Shown here one piece after another: positions 38,334-48,060 of a stretch of DNA of 64,000 bases (positions are counted from its first letter, which is position 1; each line of letters starts with the position of its first letter). Origin of the DNA: a virus; IMG/VR virus record IMGVR_UViG_3300035703_000053, positions 1-64,000 of that record. The stretch is one strand, 5' to 3'. Both the position numbers and the translations under genes were made by a program. Below the pieces are notes generated by a model. The model did not search any database. It was given only the letters and a program-made list of their open reading frames with translations, and was not told the DNA's origin.

Positions 38334-39308
38334 TCACTCCATCACAAACAGTTTGTTTGCAATCACGTTCGGCTGAGCCTGGTTGATAACACGCCAGGCA
38401 TTCTGGGGATCACGCGCCATCATTTCGTTGAACGTGTTCCAGAAGTTTTCAGGTTGTTGAGGAGCAGCGGCAGCAGGCGGTGCAGGGAACTGACCCATTT
38501 CAGGCTGAGCCACTTGAGTGGGATAACCACGCGTCTCAAGCTGGGCTTCGTTTTCGTATACAGGGTACGGACCTTCGGGACCGAAGAACTTCAGCGTGTA
38601 ATCACTGAGTACATCAGGGTTGGTCAGAATCTCGTTATAAGCCAGATTCTCTTGGTGCTCGTTGACAGCAAAGTTGGCGTAGCCGGTGATTACGTTAGCG
38701 GCTTGATTTCCCCACGCGACGGCGCTGTCCAGCATTTGCTCCAGGTTTAGAGCGTAGTTGTTCAGCAGGGCCGGAGCCTCCAGTCCGAACGCGTCCATCA
38801 CCTGGCGGCTTTCCTGGCTCATTCCCACCAGATCCGCGATTTGCTCCAAGGAAGGAGTCGAGGAGGTTTGGGAAGAGTTGGGCGAGTATGCCTGGTTGGG
38901 AGACCAGGTCTGCGGAGCCGATTGTTGCGTAGCTTGGCTGCTGGCCAGACCGTAATTGGCCGGGGAATACTGAGTCGTCGGTGTTGACGACTGACCCTGG
39001 AACGGGGACTGGACTGGTGCGCTCAGCAGGTTCACCACCTTGTTGAACGCCGACTCCCAGGGATTCCCCGCCGAGGTTTCCGCCGGTTGGGATTGGGGGG
39101 CGTACTGAGTAGGGCTGGATTGGTAGCTGGGGCTCGCCTGAGGTACCGCTTGGGGGTAGCTGGTACCCACTTGGTACGCCACCGGACCCGCCTGGTAGCT
39201 GGCCGGAGCTGCTTGAGGTGCCGGAGCTGCCACCACGTAGCTGCTCGGAGCGACGGCCGCTGGCGCTTGGCTCGTCTGTGGGATCGATTGGACGGTAGCG
39301 TCCTGCAT
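38334..39308 (-). CDS. Putative capsid scaffolding protein
   Basis: Low-complexity Q/S/P/A N-terminus and helical C-terminus; GGAG RBS; between portal and MCP. Confidence 0.65.
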   Translation of the reverse strand: MQDATVQSIPQTSQAPAAVAPSSYVVAAPAPQAAPASYQAGPVAYQVGTSYPQAVPQASPSYQSSPTQYAPQSQPAETSAGNPWESAFNKVVNLLSAPVQSPFQGQSSTPTTQYSPANYGLASSQATQQSAPQTWSPNQAYSPNSSQTSSTPSLEQIADLVGMSQESRQVMDAFGLEAPALLNNYALNLEQMLDSAVAWGNQAANVITGYANFAVNEHQENLAYNEILTNPDVLSDYTLKFFGPEGPYPVYENEAQLETRGYPTQVAQPEMGQFPAPPAAAAPQQPENFWNTFNEMMARDPQNAWRVINQAQPNVIANKLFVME

Positions 39309-41058
39309 AACTCATCTCCTTTTGTAGAGCTTCTAATGTGCGATACAGATATGGGGTTAAATCCAATCTCGGATCCGCAGCCATCGGTAAGTCCGGTGAT
39401 TGCGGGTGGGGGGTCTGCATCATTCCACCCACTAGGCGAGCAAATTGAGAGTATGCACCCTGCAATTCGTTCACCATCCTGAAGGGGAACCCCGATAACA
39501 TCGCGGCCCGCTCCTCATCCGTTTTTGAAGGGAAGAGGTATTTCAGTGCTTCAATGCTATCAACACCTAATTCCTGCAGATTTCGTACCACGATGGAGTT
39601 GTTGAGGATGTCTTGGGTTGAATCCTCATAAACAGGGCCCAACCAACGCCAAAGCATGGTCACATCACCATCTGGGATTAATCCCAAAACTCCGGGAGGG
39701 ATTTGTTGTGTACGGAGACAAGCCATCATTAACTGCTTGACTCGATCTTCAAAAACATTAAGTGCTTCTTCATAAGCATTGATGTCTTCATCAGATGCGT
39801 TTTCCGGTAGATCCAGGGGGCGCTCTAATCCTGCTGCTGCGGCAAGCGTTTGACGGAATAACTTTTCTTCTTGGAAAATGATTAATTCAAGACAACGACA
39901 AACACCATAGGTGTACACCGCGTTTGCTTTTTTCTTTGCTGTGGCGGAAACGCGACCAAACAGAGATTTGTATTCGGTTGCCGTCACGCCAGCAGAGATA
40001 GAAAGTTCGTCAACACCGCCAAGTGCTGTGCGAATTTCTTCTCGATATTGACGAGCAAACGAGTTCTGGTCCCCTGTAATAGCATCCGGAACAATATAAC
40101 CAACACGGTCGTTAGGTTCCAGGTTTGCAATGACGCGGGGGACCCTGATAGTACCGTCAACACCACGACTAATTGGATCTTGCTTGAATGTAGAGCGGCT
40201 CAACGCCGACATGCTGTTAAAGCCTGAGTTGGCTGCGATAGACGGCCTTTGAACAACAGAGTCGCCTCCGGTCTCAATAAGGTCAGTTTTTGGACGAGAG
40301 GAAAGAAGTGTTGGATTACCAAAGAATGTGATGTTTTTCCGCATGGTGCGGACAATTTCATCATGCGTGACGATGTGATTAGCGAGTGCATCAAACTCTC
40401 CCACGCCTTCGTTTGAGAAGCCTTTGGGATTGTTAAAGATTTCTACGCAAGGAATGAATCCGAGAGTGTTTTTAAATGTCTTGGTTTTGCCAGGGATAGC
40501 CTGATGGTTAGTATCAAAAGAAATCTCGCCTTCCGAGTGGGTTTCTTCGATTGTTTTGCGCTTGATTGAAAGTCTGATATAACGTTTAATGCCTTGATTG
40601 CCAAGTGTAGCCATACCGGTAAGACTACTGGATGCAACATCTTGCTGATAACCAAAGCCATTACGCACCTTATAGCTATAGATGATTACAACTTCATCTA
40701 GCTCTCCGTCAATGTTGTAGAAACTTCTGTATTCGTGCTTGCGGAAGAAATAGAGGCGATAGTTGTTTTCTGTTGGACGAATATAAAAAATTCCTTGACC
40801 ATCACAAAGGAAATAATCCCAGATGGAATCTAAGCGCGTATCTAGTTGGTTGTATTTAATTATACGGTCGATGAAGTCTTTGCGTTGATTACCAAAGTTA
40901 TCTTGAGCTGGAAAAAATTCAACCCCTTGGCGAATACCAAACAGTTTCATCTGCGAAAGATGAGAGGCGACAATGCCCGTATCAATCATTGACCCACCGT
41001 CTTTTTCAAGGTAGGAGTCAATAATTTCTTTAAGTCGGGATTTAGCGTCGCCTGCCAT
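38695..41058 (-). CDS. Portal protein with long C-terminal extension
   Basis: Position between TerL and scaffold; NTLGFIPCVEIFN, GVGEF and FFGNPTL portal-like motifs; ~200 C-terminal aa overlap the scaffold gene. Confidence 0.8.
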   Translation of the reverse strand: MAGDAKSRLKEIIDSYLEKDGGSMIDTGIVASHLSQMKLFGIRQGVEFFPAQDNFGNQRKDFIDRIIKYNQLDTRLDSIWDYFLCDGQGIFYIRPTENNYRLYFFRKHEYRSFYNIDGELDEVVIIYSYKVRNGFGYQQDVASSSLTGMATLGNQGIKRYIRLSIKRKTIEETHSEGEISFDTNHQAIPGKTKTFKNTLGFIPCVEIFNNPKGFSNEGVGEFDALANHIVTHDEIVRTMRKNITFFGNPTLLSSRPKTDLIETGGDSVVQRPSIAANSGFNSMSALSRSTFKQDPISRGVDGTIRVPRVIANLEPNDRVGYIVPDAITGDQNSFARQYREEIRTALGGVDELSISAGVTATEYKSLFGRVSATAKKKANAVYTYGVCRCLELIIFQEEKLFRQTLAAAAGLERPLDLPENASDEDINAYEEALNVFEDRVKQLMMACLRTQQIPPGVLGLIPDGDVTMLWRWLGPVYEDSTQDILNNSIVVRNLQELGVDSIEALKYLFPSKTDEERAAMLSGFPFRMVNELQGAYSQFARLVGGMMQTPHPQSPDLPMAADPRLDLTPYLYRTLEALQKEMSYAGRYRPIDPTDEPSASGRRSEQLRGGSSGTSSSSGQLPGGSGGVPSGYQLPPSGTSGEPQLPIQPYSVRPPIPTGGNLGGESLGVGVQQGGEPAERTSPVPVPGSVVNTDDSVFPGQLRSGQQPSYATIGSADLVSQPGILAQLFPNLLDSFLGANRGSGGNEPGKPPGDGRVRTGGSGPAEQLRSKPGANAGQRRRVGKSSR

Positions 41059-41095
41059 TATCGTGATCGTTTAATAGAATACTAACAAAATATTT

Positions 41096-41617
41096 TTAAA
41101 TTGCGCCTGTTCCTAACTCGCCTTGTAAGCCAGGTCCTTGATAAGGACCAAAATACGGGCGGATACCGGGGCGCATTGGTTGGGTCATGCCTTGCGGCCA
41201 CCGATAATTTCGCAGAGGATTTACAGAATTGTTTTTACTTGGATCATACGGCATCCGTTCATCTAAAAGATTAGTGCGTGCTGCGCCAGGTATGTCAGTC
41301 CAACTTTCTTGCGTGCCGCGATCTAAAATTTGTTGCCACGAAGGTTTTGCTTGTGCAATCAAGCCGTCTACGTTACCAATTCCCGCAAGTGGAAGTTGCG
41401 GTCCAGTGCGGCGAAGAAAAATTTCTTTTTCGTTTGGGTTATCTGTTTTTATCCCTTTGTTATAAATTTTTTGCTGTCGTTGATCACGTTTGAAGGCTTC
41501 GGGATCAATAGCACTACCTTCTCCACCAATAAAATTTCCGCCGGCCAAAAAGTTGCTATTGGGGAGGGCTCCAGCATTGCCCATGTCAACTGGTTGGCCG
41601 CCGTAAACCCTATACAT
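41096..41617 (-). CDS. Hypothetical protein
   Basis: 173-aa ORF. Confidence 0.55.
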   Translation of the reverse strand: MYRVYGGQPVDMGNAGALPNSNFLAGGNFIGGEGSAIDPEAFKRDQRQQKIYNKGIKTDNPNEKEIFLRRTGPQLPLAGIGNVDGLIAQAKPSWQQILDRGTQESWTDIPGAARTNLLDERMPYDPSKNNSVNPLRNYRWPQGMTQPMRPGIRPYFGPYQGPGLQGELGTGAI

Positions 41618-41640
41618 ATTTCTTAAAAGTTTTTTTTATT

Positions 41641-41823
41641 CTACTCTTCTAAAACTTCATAACCAAACGAATCATGGACTTTGGTTAGCACAACTCCTTC
41701 GCCACGCAAATCCCAATTCAAAACATCGCCTTCTTGCCAGCCAAGCTCTTCAATCAATTCTTCGGGAAATGTAATGAACTGATCTCCGTTTTCGTCTTCC
41801 TGTACTTCAACAATGTAGCTCAT
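41641..41823 (-). CDS. AbrB/MazE/SpoVT-like small DNA-binding protein
   Basis: GDQFITFPEELIEELGWQEGDVLNW. Confidence 0.75.
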   Translation of the reverse strand: MSYIVEVQEDENGDQFITFPEELIEELGWQEGDVLNWDLRGEGVVLTKVHDSFGYEVLEE

Positions 41824-42113
41824 TTTGACAAAAGCTTTTCCATTAGCTTATCAAGCTTAATATTGATCTGCTTGAAGTTATCGTGCATTTCTTGGATTTC
41901 CCTTAGAAAGTCCACCTTAAGAACATACTCCAAAGGCATGCGATTGATTTGGTTTTCCAGGGAGTTAACCCGGTTTTCTTGTGCAGACAACATTAGATGA
42001 ACCTGCTTGATCCGTTCGTGTGCACGGCTTAAGATTCTGTTGGCTACCCAGGAACCCCCGGTAAAGGCAGAAACAGCAGCCGTAAGCCCGAGGGCTAGGT
42101 ATTCTGGGCCCAC
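41820..42113 (-). CDS. TM + coiled-coil protein
   Basis: N-terminal hydrophobic helix; LPLEYV.K.DF..E-type coiled coil. Confidence 0.6.
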   Translation of the reverse strand: MGPEYLALGLTAAVSAFTGGSWVANRILSRAHERIKQVHLMLSAQENRVNSLENQINRMPLEYVLKVDFLREIQEMHDNFKQINIKLDKLMEKLLSK

Positions 42114-42144
42114 AAGTAACAACGCATTTTTTTAATTCTAAAAC

Positions 42145-43671
42145 CTAGTAATCAAGATGTAACTCGCCCTTACGCATAAGACCATTAACCAACCAGACCA
42201 ATGCATCAACGCAGTCGTCGTGACTGCTAACACCAAAGTTGGTCAATTCTTCAAACATTGCAGTAAAGTTTCTAAACCGATTGAAAATAATTTTGCGATC
42301 TTCAAACATACCAATAATGCCTCTGAAACGAGCAAGTTTATCAGCCCTGAAACCTTTAACCGGGTGCCAATGCAAGTTATACAAGCTTTCATTGGTTAAA
42401 CAAATTCGTTTGAAATCGGCCTCCAGGGATGCCTGGTATGCAACTGCTTCACTCCAGATGTCACACGTTGAATAAGTAGGGAAATAATTACCTGCTTCAT
42501 CTCGACCAAGAATTGACCAATCATTAAGCAATTCTTTAAGAGCATCAAGTTTTTCCAGATTACCCATGACGCGCAACCGGCGATAATCAATAATATGTAT
42601 CTTGTCTCCAATGCGTCCACCAAGAATCATCACTGTATAGTCATTTTTTTCCTTTGTTCCAACAGAAAGGTCAACGCCAATACCAAGAGTGTCAAACTCT
42701 GTTGCAATTTCAGCTTTAACAATTAACTCTGGTGCCAGGGAGAGTTCATTTTGCCTGACAATTTGATTCATGTACTGGAATGAAAAAGCAATAGGAGCTT
42801 GCCGTTTCTTTTCTTTTAAGTACTCTAATGACCACATCTCTGGCCAATAAGACAGCTCATCCCCTGTTACTGGATCTGTTTTAATGGCAGGAAGAACGAT
42901 TTGCTGCCAGTTGTTTTGTTCATTGAAAGTGGTTGCATGAATATCGTCGTGACGGAAGCGAGTACCGAGACAAATCGCCCGCCCGCCTTCAAACATAGTT
43001 GGCGAGATCACAGCATTCCAGTTGTCCTGCATCATCTTTCTGATGTCAGGGTTGGCAATATCCGCAGAACTTTTAATAGCGTCGTCAATACAGATTAAGT
43101 GACTACGCTTAGAAGTCACTGAACCTTTTAGGCCTGCGGCACATAATGTAAATTGTTCGTCACCGGTAACATCAATGCCGGCAAACTTGTGATCAATAGA
43201 CCAATACTCGTTGCTAGTAACGTTTTTTAAAAGACGGACTGTTGGAAATACTTCTTGATATCGTTTGCTTTCAATGATTCGTTTGATGGTTGCAGACTTT
43301 GAACGAGCAATGTCAACGGTATATGACAGGTAAAGCACCTGCAAGGGTTTCTTTGCTGTTGTGTGGACGCCTATAGCCCAAGCGGCAAACAAGCCCAGTA
43401 CGGTGCTCTTGGCTGAGCCCCTAGGAGCTAAAAGGTCAATGTTTGGCCCAGCAATTTTTACCAGGCAAGAACTGTCTTGTCCTGTTACAAACTTATGGTG
43501 CCACTCTTTGTGGTGTTCTGCGGGAGGCTTATCAGCTACGTATTCACAAAAGTATCCAAAGTCTTCGCGTGCCCTCTGGATATCTTTAATATTTTTGGGA
43601 TCTTTAATTAACTTCCTTTGTGCAGCTGCTTTGGCGTTACGGCGATGTGCTAGGTGTACGTAAGCAGGCAC
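42145..43671 (-). CDS. terL: Terminase large subunit
   Basis: APRGSAKST (Walker A), LICIDD (Walker B), GTRF, GVDLS...DYT and HDDCVDA nuclease motifs. Confidence 0.93.
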   Translation of the reverse strand: MPAYVHLAHRRNAKAAAQRKLIKDPKNIKDIQRAREDFGYFCEYVADKPPAEHHKEWHHKFVTGQDSSCLVKIAGPNIDLLAPRGSAKSTVLGLFAAWAIGVHTTAKKPLQVLYLSYTVDIARSKSATIKRIIESKRYQEVFPTVRLLKNVTSNEYWSIDHKFAGIDVTGDEQFTLCAAGLKGSVTSKRSHLICIDDAIKSSADIANPDIRKMMQDNWNAVISPTMFEGGRAICLGTRFRHDDIHATTFNEQNNWQQIVLPAIKTDPVTGDELSYWPEMWSLEYLKEKKRQAPIAFSFQYMNQIVRQNELSLAPELIVKAEIATEFDTLGIGVDLSVGTKEKNDYTVMILGGRIGDKIHIIDYRRLRVMGNLEKLDALKELLNDWSILGRDEAGNYFPTYSTCDIWSEAVAYQASLEADFKRICLTNESLYNLHWHPVKGFRADKLARFRGIIGMFEDRKIIFNRFRNFTAMFEELTNFGVSSHDDCVDALVWLVNGLMRKGELHLDY

Positions 43672-43704
43672 AGTATTAATTCAGTGTATTAACTGAATCG
43701 TAGC

Positions 43705-43869
43705 CTATTTAGACTTAGATTTGGAACGTTTACTCTCTTGGTACTTACGGGCCTTGTCAAGAGCAGCTTTACGCTTTTCTTTGTCCGACATCTCAGTACC
43801 GTCTTCGTTCTTGGCTTCTTTTTTCTTGAGGTATTCAAGAAATTGAGGTGGCATTTTGCTACTAGCCAT
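43705..43869 (-). CDS. Small basic protein (54 aa)
   Basis: MASSKMPPQFLEYLKKKEAK...KSKSK*, translated by eye. Confidence 0.6.
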   Translation of the reverse strand: MASSKMPPQFLEYLKKKEAKNEDGTEMSDKEKRKAALDKARKYQESKRSKSKSK

Positions 43870-43920
43870 CAGCAAATAATCTGCAGAAGTTAAATTACTT
43901 TATGTTTATTTTAACTGGGA

Positions 43921-44538
43921 CTACTCTTCTAACTGCATTCGAGACCAAACGCTCATTGAAGCTTCTTCCAAGGGACCTTCGTAGGGGTCATCTTTGAAAA
44001 TCATAAGCAACTCACGGATGGCACGATCAGCACCAGCCATCAGCAAGCCCTTGCGATCTTTAGTAGATGTAAATTGCTCAACCTGTGCAATAGTCCCTCG
44101 TAACTCTTTTTGTAGTGCTGCGATACGTGCAACACCTGCATCTCGTTTTACGATTTTGTTTTCAATGTCTTCCCGAAGTTTTCGCATATCTTCCAGCATC
44201 TCCTCAATTTCCCCCAGTAGGGTTTTGCGGTGATCTGGTTTTCTATAGTTTTGTTTGATCCAAAGGTCGCACGCTGTGATACTACCGGTGTAACCAAGGA
44301 ACCTAGCGTAAAGATAAATTTCTACAACCGAATAATTGTCTTCGGCAAAATAGCAGAAAGTTTCTTGTTCTGCTGCATCTAAATTATCGACCCAGTGCTC
44401 AAAGAGCTCAATATCGATAAGCTCGTTGGGCCTGATTGTAGTCTCGCTCTTCGTCTCTTTGTCTGTACTGCTGTTGCTGCTCGGCAGAGGTGCGGGACTC
44501 TTCTGCACCTTTACCGATGGTTTCTCGCTCTTGTTCAC
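43921..44538 (-). CDS. Possible terminase small subunit (start uncertain)
   Basis: Helical coiled-coil protein upstream of terL; positional inference. Confidence 0.45.
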   Translation of the reverse strand: MNKSEKPSVKVQKSPAPLPSSNSSTDKETKSETTIRPNELIDIELFEHWVDNLDAAEQETFCYFAEDNYSVVEIYLYARFLGYTGSITACDLWIKQNYRKPDHRKTLLGEIEEMLEDMRKLREDIENKIVKRDAGVARIAALQKELRGTIAQVEQFTSTKDRKGLLMAGADRAIRELLMIFKDDPYEGPLEEASMSVWSRMQLEE

Positions 44539-44656
44539 CAGCAGTCTCCATTTTTTTCTTAGAGAATTCGTAAGCCACGCCAGCAGCCTGACGATATTTG
44601 TCTAGATCAAACCAATCATCAACATCGGTTTGCCCTGCGGGAACGGTGCTAGCCAT
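44408..44656 (-). CDS. Small virion-associated protein
   Basis: 82-aa ORF with DDWFDLDKY motif; overlaps the next gene. Confidence 0.6.
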   Translation of the reverse strand: MASTVPAGQTDVDDWFDLDKYRQAAGVAYEFSKKKMETAGEQERETIGKGAEESRTSAEQQQQYRQRDEERDYNQAQRAYRY

Positions 44657-44702
44657 GGCTTGTAAATCTTACAAAAAGTAAAAATTTTAACTATGCAAAA
44701 AT

Positions 44703-44849
44703 TTAAACATAATTAATGGGTTTGTTTTCCAGGGAACTTTGGCGCTGTTGTTCGTTTTTGGAACTAGTAAGTCGCTGGAGCAACTGTTCAAACTTATTGA
44801 TATCAAAGGAATCGTTTCCTTCAGGCTGTGAGGCAGAAGTAGATAGCAT
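44703..44849 (-). CDS. Small paralog of 44855-45151 (48 aa)
   Basis: MLSTSASQPEGNDSFDINKFEQLLQRLTSSKNEQQRQSSLENKPINYV*. Confidence 0.6.
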   Translation of the reverse strand: MLSTSASQPEGNDSFDINKFEQLLQRLTSSKNEQQRQSSLENKPINYV

Positions 44850-44854
44850 GGTTA

Positions 44855-45151
44855 TTAGAAATTACTCATCATAGAAGCAAGGCCTTGGGCAAAAATGTCA
44901 CGACGGCCTTCAACGGATTTTTGACGCTGTTGGCGACCCTTGGAGCCTTCCAAGCGTTGAAGAAGCGTATCAAACCGATCAATATCAAAGTCATCAGCAC
45001 CAAACTGCTTTTCTGCAGCTTGCTCTTTTAACGCATTGCGCTTAGCTTCATTGATTTCACCACGCTTGAATGCGTCTTCAATAGCACTTACTTTACCTGC
45101 ATAGACATTGTAATCCTCTCCTTTGCCAGTTTCCCACCAATTGCGAGCCAT
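44855..45151 (-). CDS. Small virion-associated protein
   Basis: DDFDIDRFDTLLQRLEGSKGRQQRQKS. Confidence 0.6.
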   Translation of the reverse strand: MARNWWETGKGEDYNVYAGKVSAIEDAFKRGEINEAKRNALKEQAAEKQFGADDFDIDRFDTLLQRLEGSKGRQQRQKSVEGRRDIFAQGLASMMSNF

Positions 45152-45203
45152 GTTGATAACCAATTAAGTGAACTTCTTGTTTATTATAGCAAATGTACCA
45201 ATA

Positions 45204-46097
45204 TCAAGAAAAATTAAACGAACCAATAAGAGCCTTGTACATATCACCGCTTGAGGAAATACGCTGAACTTCTTTAGCACCTTGATTCCTAAGGTCTTGT
45301 ACCTCTTTATCAATAGCACCTTGTAAACCAGTCAAACCAGCACTATATAAGTACTGCCTGGTATCACGGATGTTTTGAGTTTGCTCTTCAATTTCAGCAG
45401 GTGTACCAGTAAAGCTGTCACCAATTTGCGGAAGTTCGACACCAGCCCTGGACGCAATCTCGCCTTTATAAGTAGGAAGAAGATTTTGGGAAAATTTAAA
45501 CGCACGCTTGCCGGTTCTCTCTCCGGCTTGATCGGTCGTTTGTTGTCCATACATTGTGTCGTAATAGTTGTCGAGATAACTTTTATTGAATTTTTTTTGA
45601 AACTCGGGACTTTTAAGGATCGAATCCCGAAGGTCATCGTTACTTTTGTAATAACCCTGGTTAAAGCGTTCCAGGGCCTTTTGTTTTTCTTCTGCTGTTG
45701 CAGAGCGCCCCAGGTTTTCTTCGTATGCTGCTTCAATGGCCGTTGAACGCTGACCAGGAAGCAGTTCTTTGGTATAGATGTCAGTCAGCGCTGTAATATC
45801 TTCCTCAGGAGGATTTAGACTGTATTTAGATGCATAATCACGAAGTTGTGAAGTTGCATCTTGATAGTTAAGAAGACCCTGGCGCATTTGCGATTCAATG
45901 CCGCTACGCAAACCACCGTAGGCAAGTTGTGCCGACGCTTTTCTTGCCGCTTCTTTATTTATTGCTGCTTCTTTTTCTTCCTGCGCACGCTGATCAGCAA
46001 GACTTTCTTTTTCTTGTTGATACCTCAAATATTTCTCAAAGGAGTCATCCTTTGGAATATTGGGTGGTTGATAGTTAACCGTACGACTTCCGCCCAT
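45204..46097 (-). CDS. Putative internal virion protein with DUF4214/PBS-linker-like segment
   Basis: MGG start; IEAAYEENLGRSAT..E...L.DSILKSPEFQKKF. Confidence 0.55.
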   Translation of the reverse strand: MGGSRTVNYQPPNIPKDDSFEKYLRYQQEKESLADQRAQEEKEAAINKEAARKASAQLAYGGLRSGIESQMRQGLLNYQDATSQLRDYASKYSLNPPEEDITALTDIYTKELLPGQRSTAIEAAYEENLGRSATAEEKQKALERFNQGYYKSNDDLRDSILKSPEFQKKFNKSYLDNYYDTMYGQQTTDQAGERTGKRAFKFSQNLLPTYKGEIASRAGVELPQIGDSFTGTPAEIEEQTQNIRDTRQYLYSAGLTGLQGAIDKEVQDLRNQGAKEVQRISSSGDMYKALIGSFNFS

Positions 46098-46109
46098 TTT
46101 TACCTCCTG

Positions 46110-46604
46110 TTAGACAACCATAGAACTAACATTTGTTGGAGCTTTAGGCCCAAACATTGCAGCCATGCCGCCTTCAATTTGTGCCTGGTTGCGCTTCATA
46201 TTAAGCAGGTTTTCAAACCTTTGAGCAGCTTGTGCCTCAGGACTGATTTTGGCAAAACGCGAACGACGCGCTCCTTCTGTAATGCCTGCAAGTTCTTTTT
46301 CAAACCCTGGACCTAACTCCCACTCACGCCCGCGTTGCTGTCGACCAAATTCAAGGTCAGCAGCTGTTTGGCCAAAGACTCGTGCGCCGAGGTTTTCACC
46401 GAGTTGAGCATACATGCCCTCTCGGTTAAGCATTGCACTTGTTTCAAGTGCGGAGTTTTGTGCCCGGAGTTGTGCCTCCAGACCGGAGCGCATAATATCT
46501 TGCTGGCGCTGCTGGCTAGCAATCTGAAATGGCAAGCCAACTAGGCCAATACCTGCTGAAACCAGCGGACCACCAGCTCCTGACCAAAATCCCGATGCCG
46601 CCAT
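46110..46604 (-). CDS. Putative internal virion/ejection protein
   Basis: N-terminal hydrophobic glycine-rich helix plus Q-rich coil. Confidence 0.55.
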   Translation of the reverse strand: MAASGFWSGAGGPLVSAGIGLVGLPFQIASQQRQQDIMRSGLEAQLRAQNSALETSAMLNREGMYAQLGENLGARVFGQTAADLEFGRQQRGREWELGPGFEKELAGITEGARRSRFAKISPEAQAAQRFENLLNMKRNQAQIEGGMAAMFGPKAPTNVSSMVV

Positions 46605-46651
46605 TTAATCGACCTTAATTATTTGTATTTTAATACAGGTATTCAAGACAA

Positions 46652-47191
46652 CTAACCAAAGTAACGAGAGATGGGAACTCCGTAGCTCGCGCCTTGGATT
46701 TGTTGACGAGGGAATGTGCGATACGTTTCAGACACAACACCCGGGATATCTCCGTACAACCTAGCCATTAACTCGCGTTCACCAGCACCACCAAAGGCTG
46801 ATGCAATAGTTCCAGGGAGTTTATTAATTTGATTGTACATTGATGTGATGCCCAGACTTTCTTTACCTAGTTCCTGGGCACGTTTTGCATTTTCATATTG
46901 AATATCGGCGTTCATTTTTAAAAGTTTTTGGTAATCTTCCGGAGATGTCTTTTGAGATTCAGCAATAAGGCCGACTAGTCCAATAGCTTTTTCGTCGGGA
47001 GTTGCGTCTGCGTATCCAGGTGTATTACGGAGCTCGGCAATCTTTTCGACCAGGGTTTTGTTTTGTGTGGGTTGTGCAGAGCCAGGTGAAACAAGCTGAG
47101 GTGTATTAGCACCAAGGCCAAACATGCCTAATTTTTCTCCCGCAGACCAGCGGAAGTTATTTGGATTGAATGCTTGTTGATAATATCCCAT
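46652..47191 (-). CDS. Putative internal virion protein
   Basis: ORF in contiguous minus-strand block. Confidence 0.5.
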   Translation of the reverse strand: MGYYQQAFNPNNFRWSAGEKLGMFGLGANTPQLVSPGSAQPTQNKTLVEKIAELRNTPGYADATPDEKAIGLVGLIAESQKTSPEDYQKLLKMNADIQYENAKRAQELGKESLGITSMYNQINKLPGTIASAFGGAGERELMARLYGDIPGVVSETYRTFPRQQIQGASYGVPISRYFG

Positions 47192-47193
47192 GA

Positions 47194-48060
47194 TCAACCA
47201 AAGCTAATGGACGGCGCTTGCAGGGTTGAGCCAGAGTATGGGTTGGCGCTGATCGCAGTACGAAGAGTAGCGCCTGCTTCAGCCATGCCTTGACCAGCTA
47301 ACTTAAACGAGCCGGCTTGCCGTCCCAGGGTCTGATAGGCAGCTGACTGAGTGTTAATTAAAGCTTGTTGATTGATCAGCTGTTGACGCATTGTGCGTTC
47401 AGCTAAAGGCTGAAGAGATTTCTGGAGTTGAATATAGGAATTAACTTGATCTTGCATTGCTTGGCGATCAAGCCCTAGCTGGGACTGACCAATTGCACCT
47501 TGCCGTTGAACCTCATACTCAAGGTCGCGCTGACGCTGAATACGCTCGCGGGCCGCATCTGAAACAGGAATTTCAGGCGTTAAAGGAGTTCTGGGTACAG
47601 AAATATCGGCACCACCAGCGCCTTTCTTGCCTTCTTCTGCAGCCCCAAACAAAGATGCAGTACCTGCTTGTGCAGCGGCAGGAGCAAGTAATTGCAGTGC
47701 ACCACCAGCTAGCTTCATTGGCAGGCTACCTTTCATCAGTAAATTACTGAAGGGCGCCGTAATGGCTGCTGCACCAAGACCAGCGGCGGTACTAGCAATA
47801 CCTGGTACAAGCCCTTGTTGCTGGAAGGTTTGCAGTGCGCCAGGGGCAAGACCAATGGCCGTGGCACCATAGCCGGCAGCGGCACGCATTCTGCCTTGCG
47901 CAGCGGGGGCATCTAAGTTCTGCAGACCTTGCTGAAGATATTCACCTGCACCTCCCATGGCTTCACCCAGACGACGCTGGTAATAGCGCGTACGTGCGCC
48001 TAATAAAGTCAGTGGATCGTCTAAAGGGTTTAGCCTAGAACTAGGAGCCTGATCCGCCAT
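47194..48060 (-). CDS. Putative internal virion/ejection protein
   Basis: A/G/Q-rich helical protein. Confidence 0.55.
   Translation of the reverse strand: MADQAPSSRLNPLDDPLTLLGARTRYYQRRLGEAMGGAGEYLQQGLQNLDAPAAQGRMRAAAGYGATAIGLAPGALQTFQQQGLVPGIASTAAGLGAAAITAPFSNLLMKGSLPMKLAGGALQLLAPAAAQAGTASLFGAAEEGKKGAGGADISVPRTPLTPEIPVSDAARERIQRQRDLEYEVQRQGAIGQSQLGLDRQAMQDQVNSYIQLQKSLQPLAERTMRQQLINQQALINTQSAAYQTLGRQAGSFKLAGQGMAEAGATLRTAISANPYSGSTLQAPSISFG

Noticed and set aside
35782-38750. Long plus-strand ORFs (35782-36504, 37977-38750)
   Set aside because: Antisense shadows of strongly codon-biased capsid-region genes, with no recognisable motifs.
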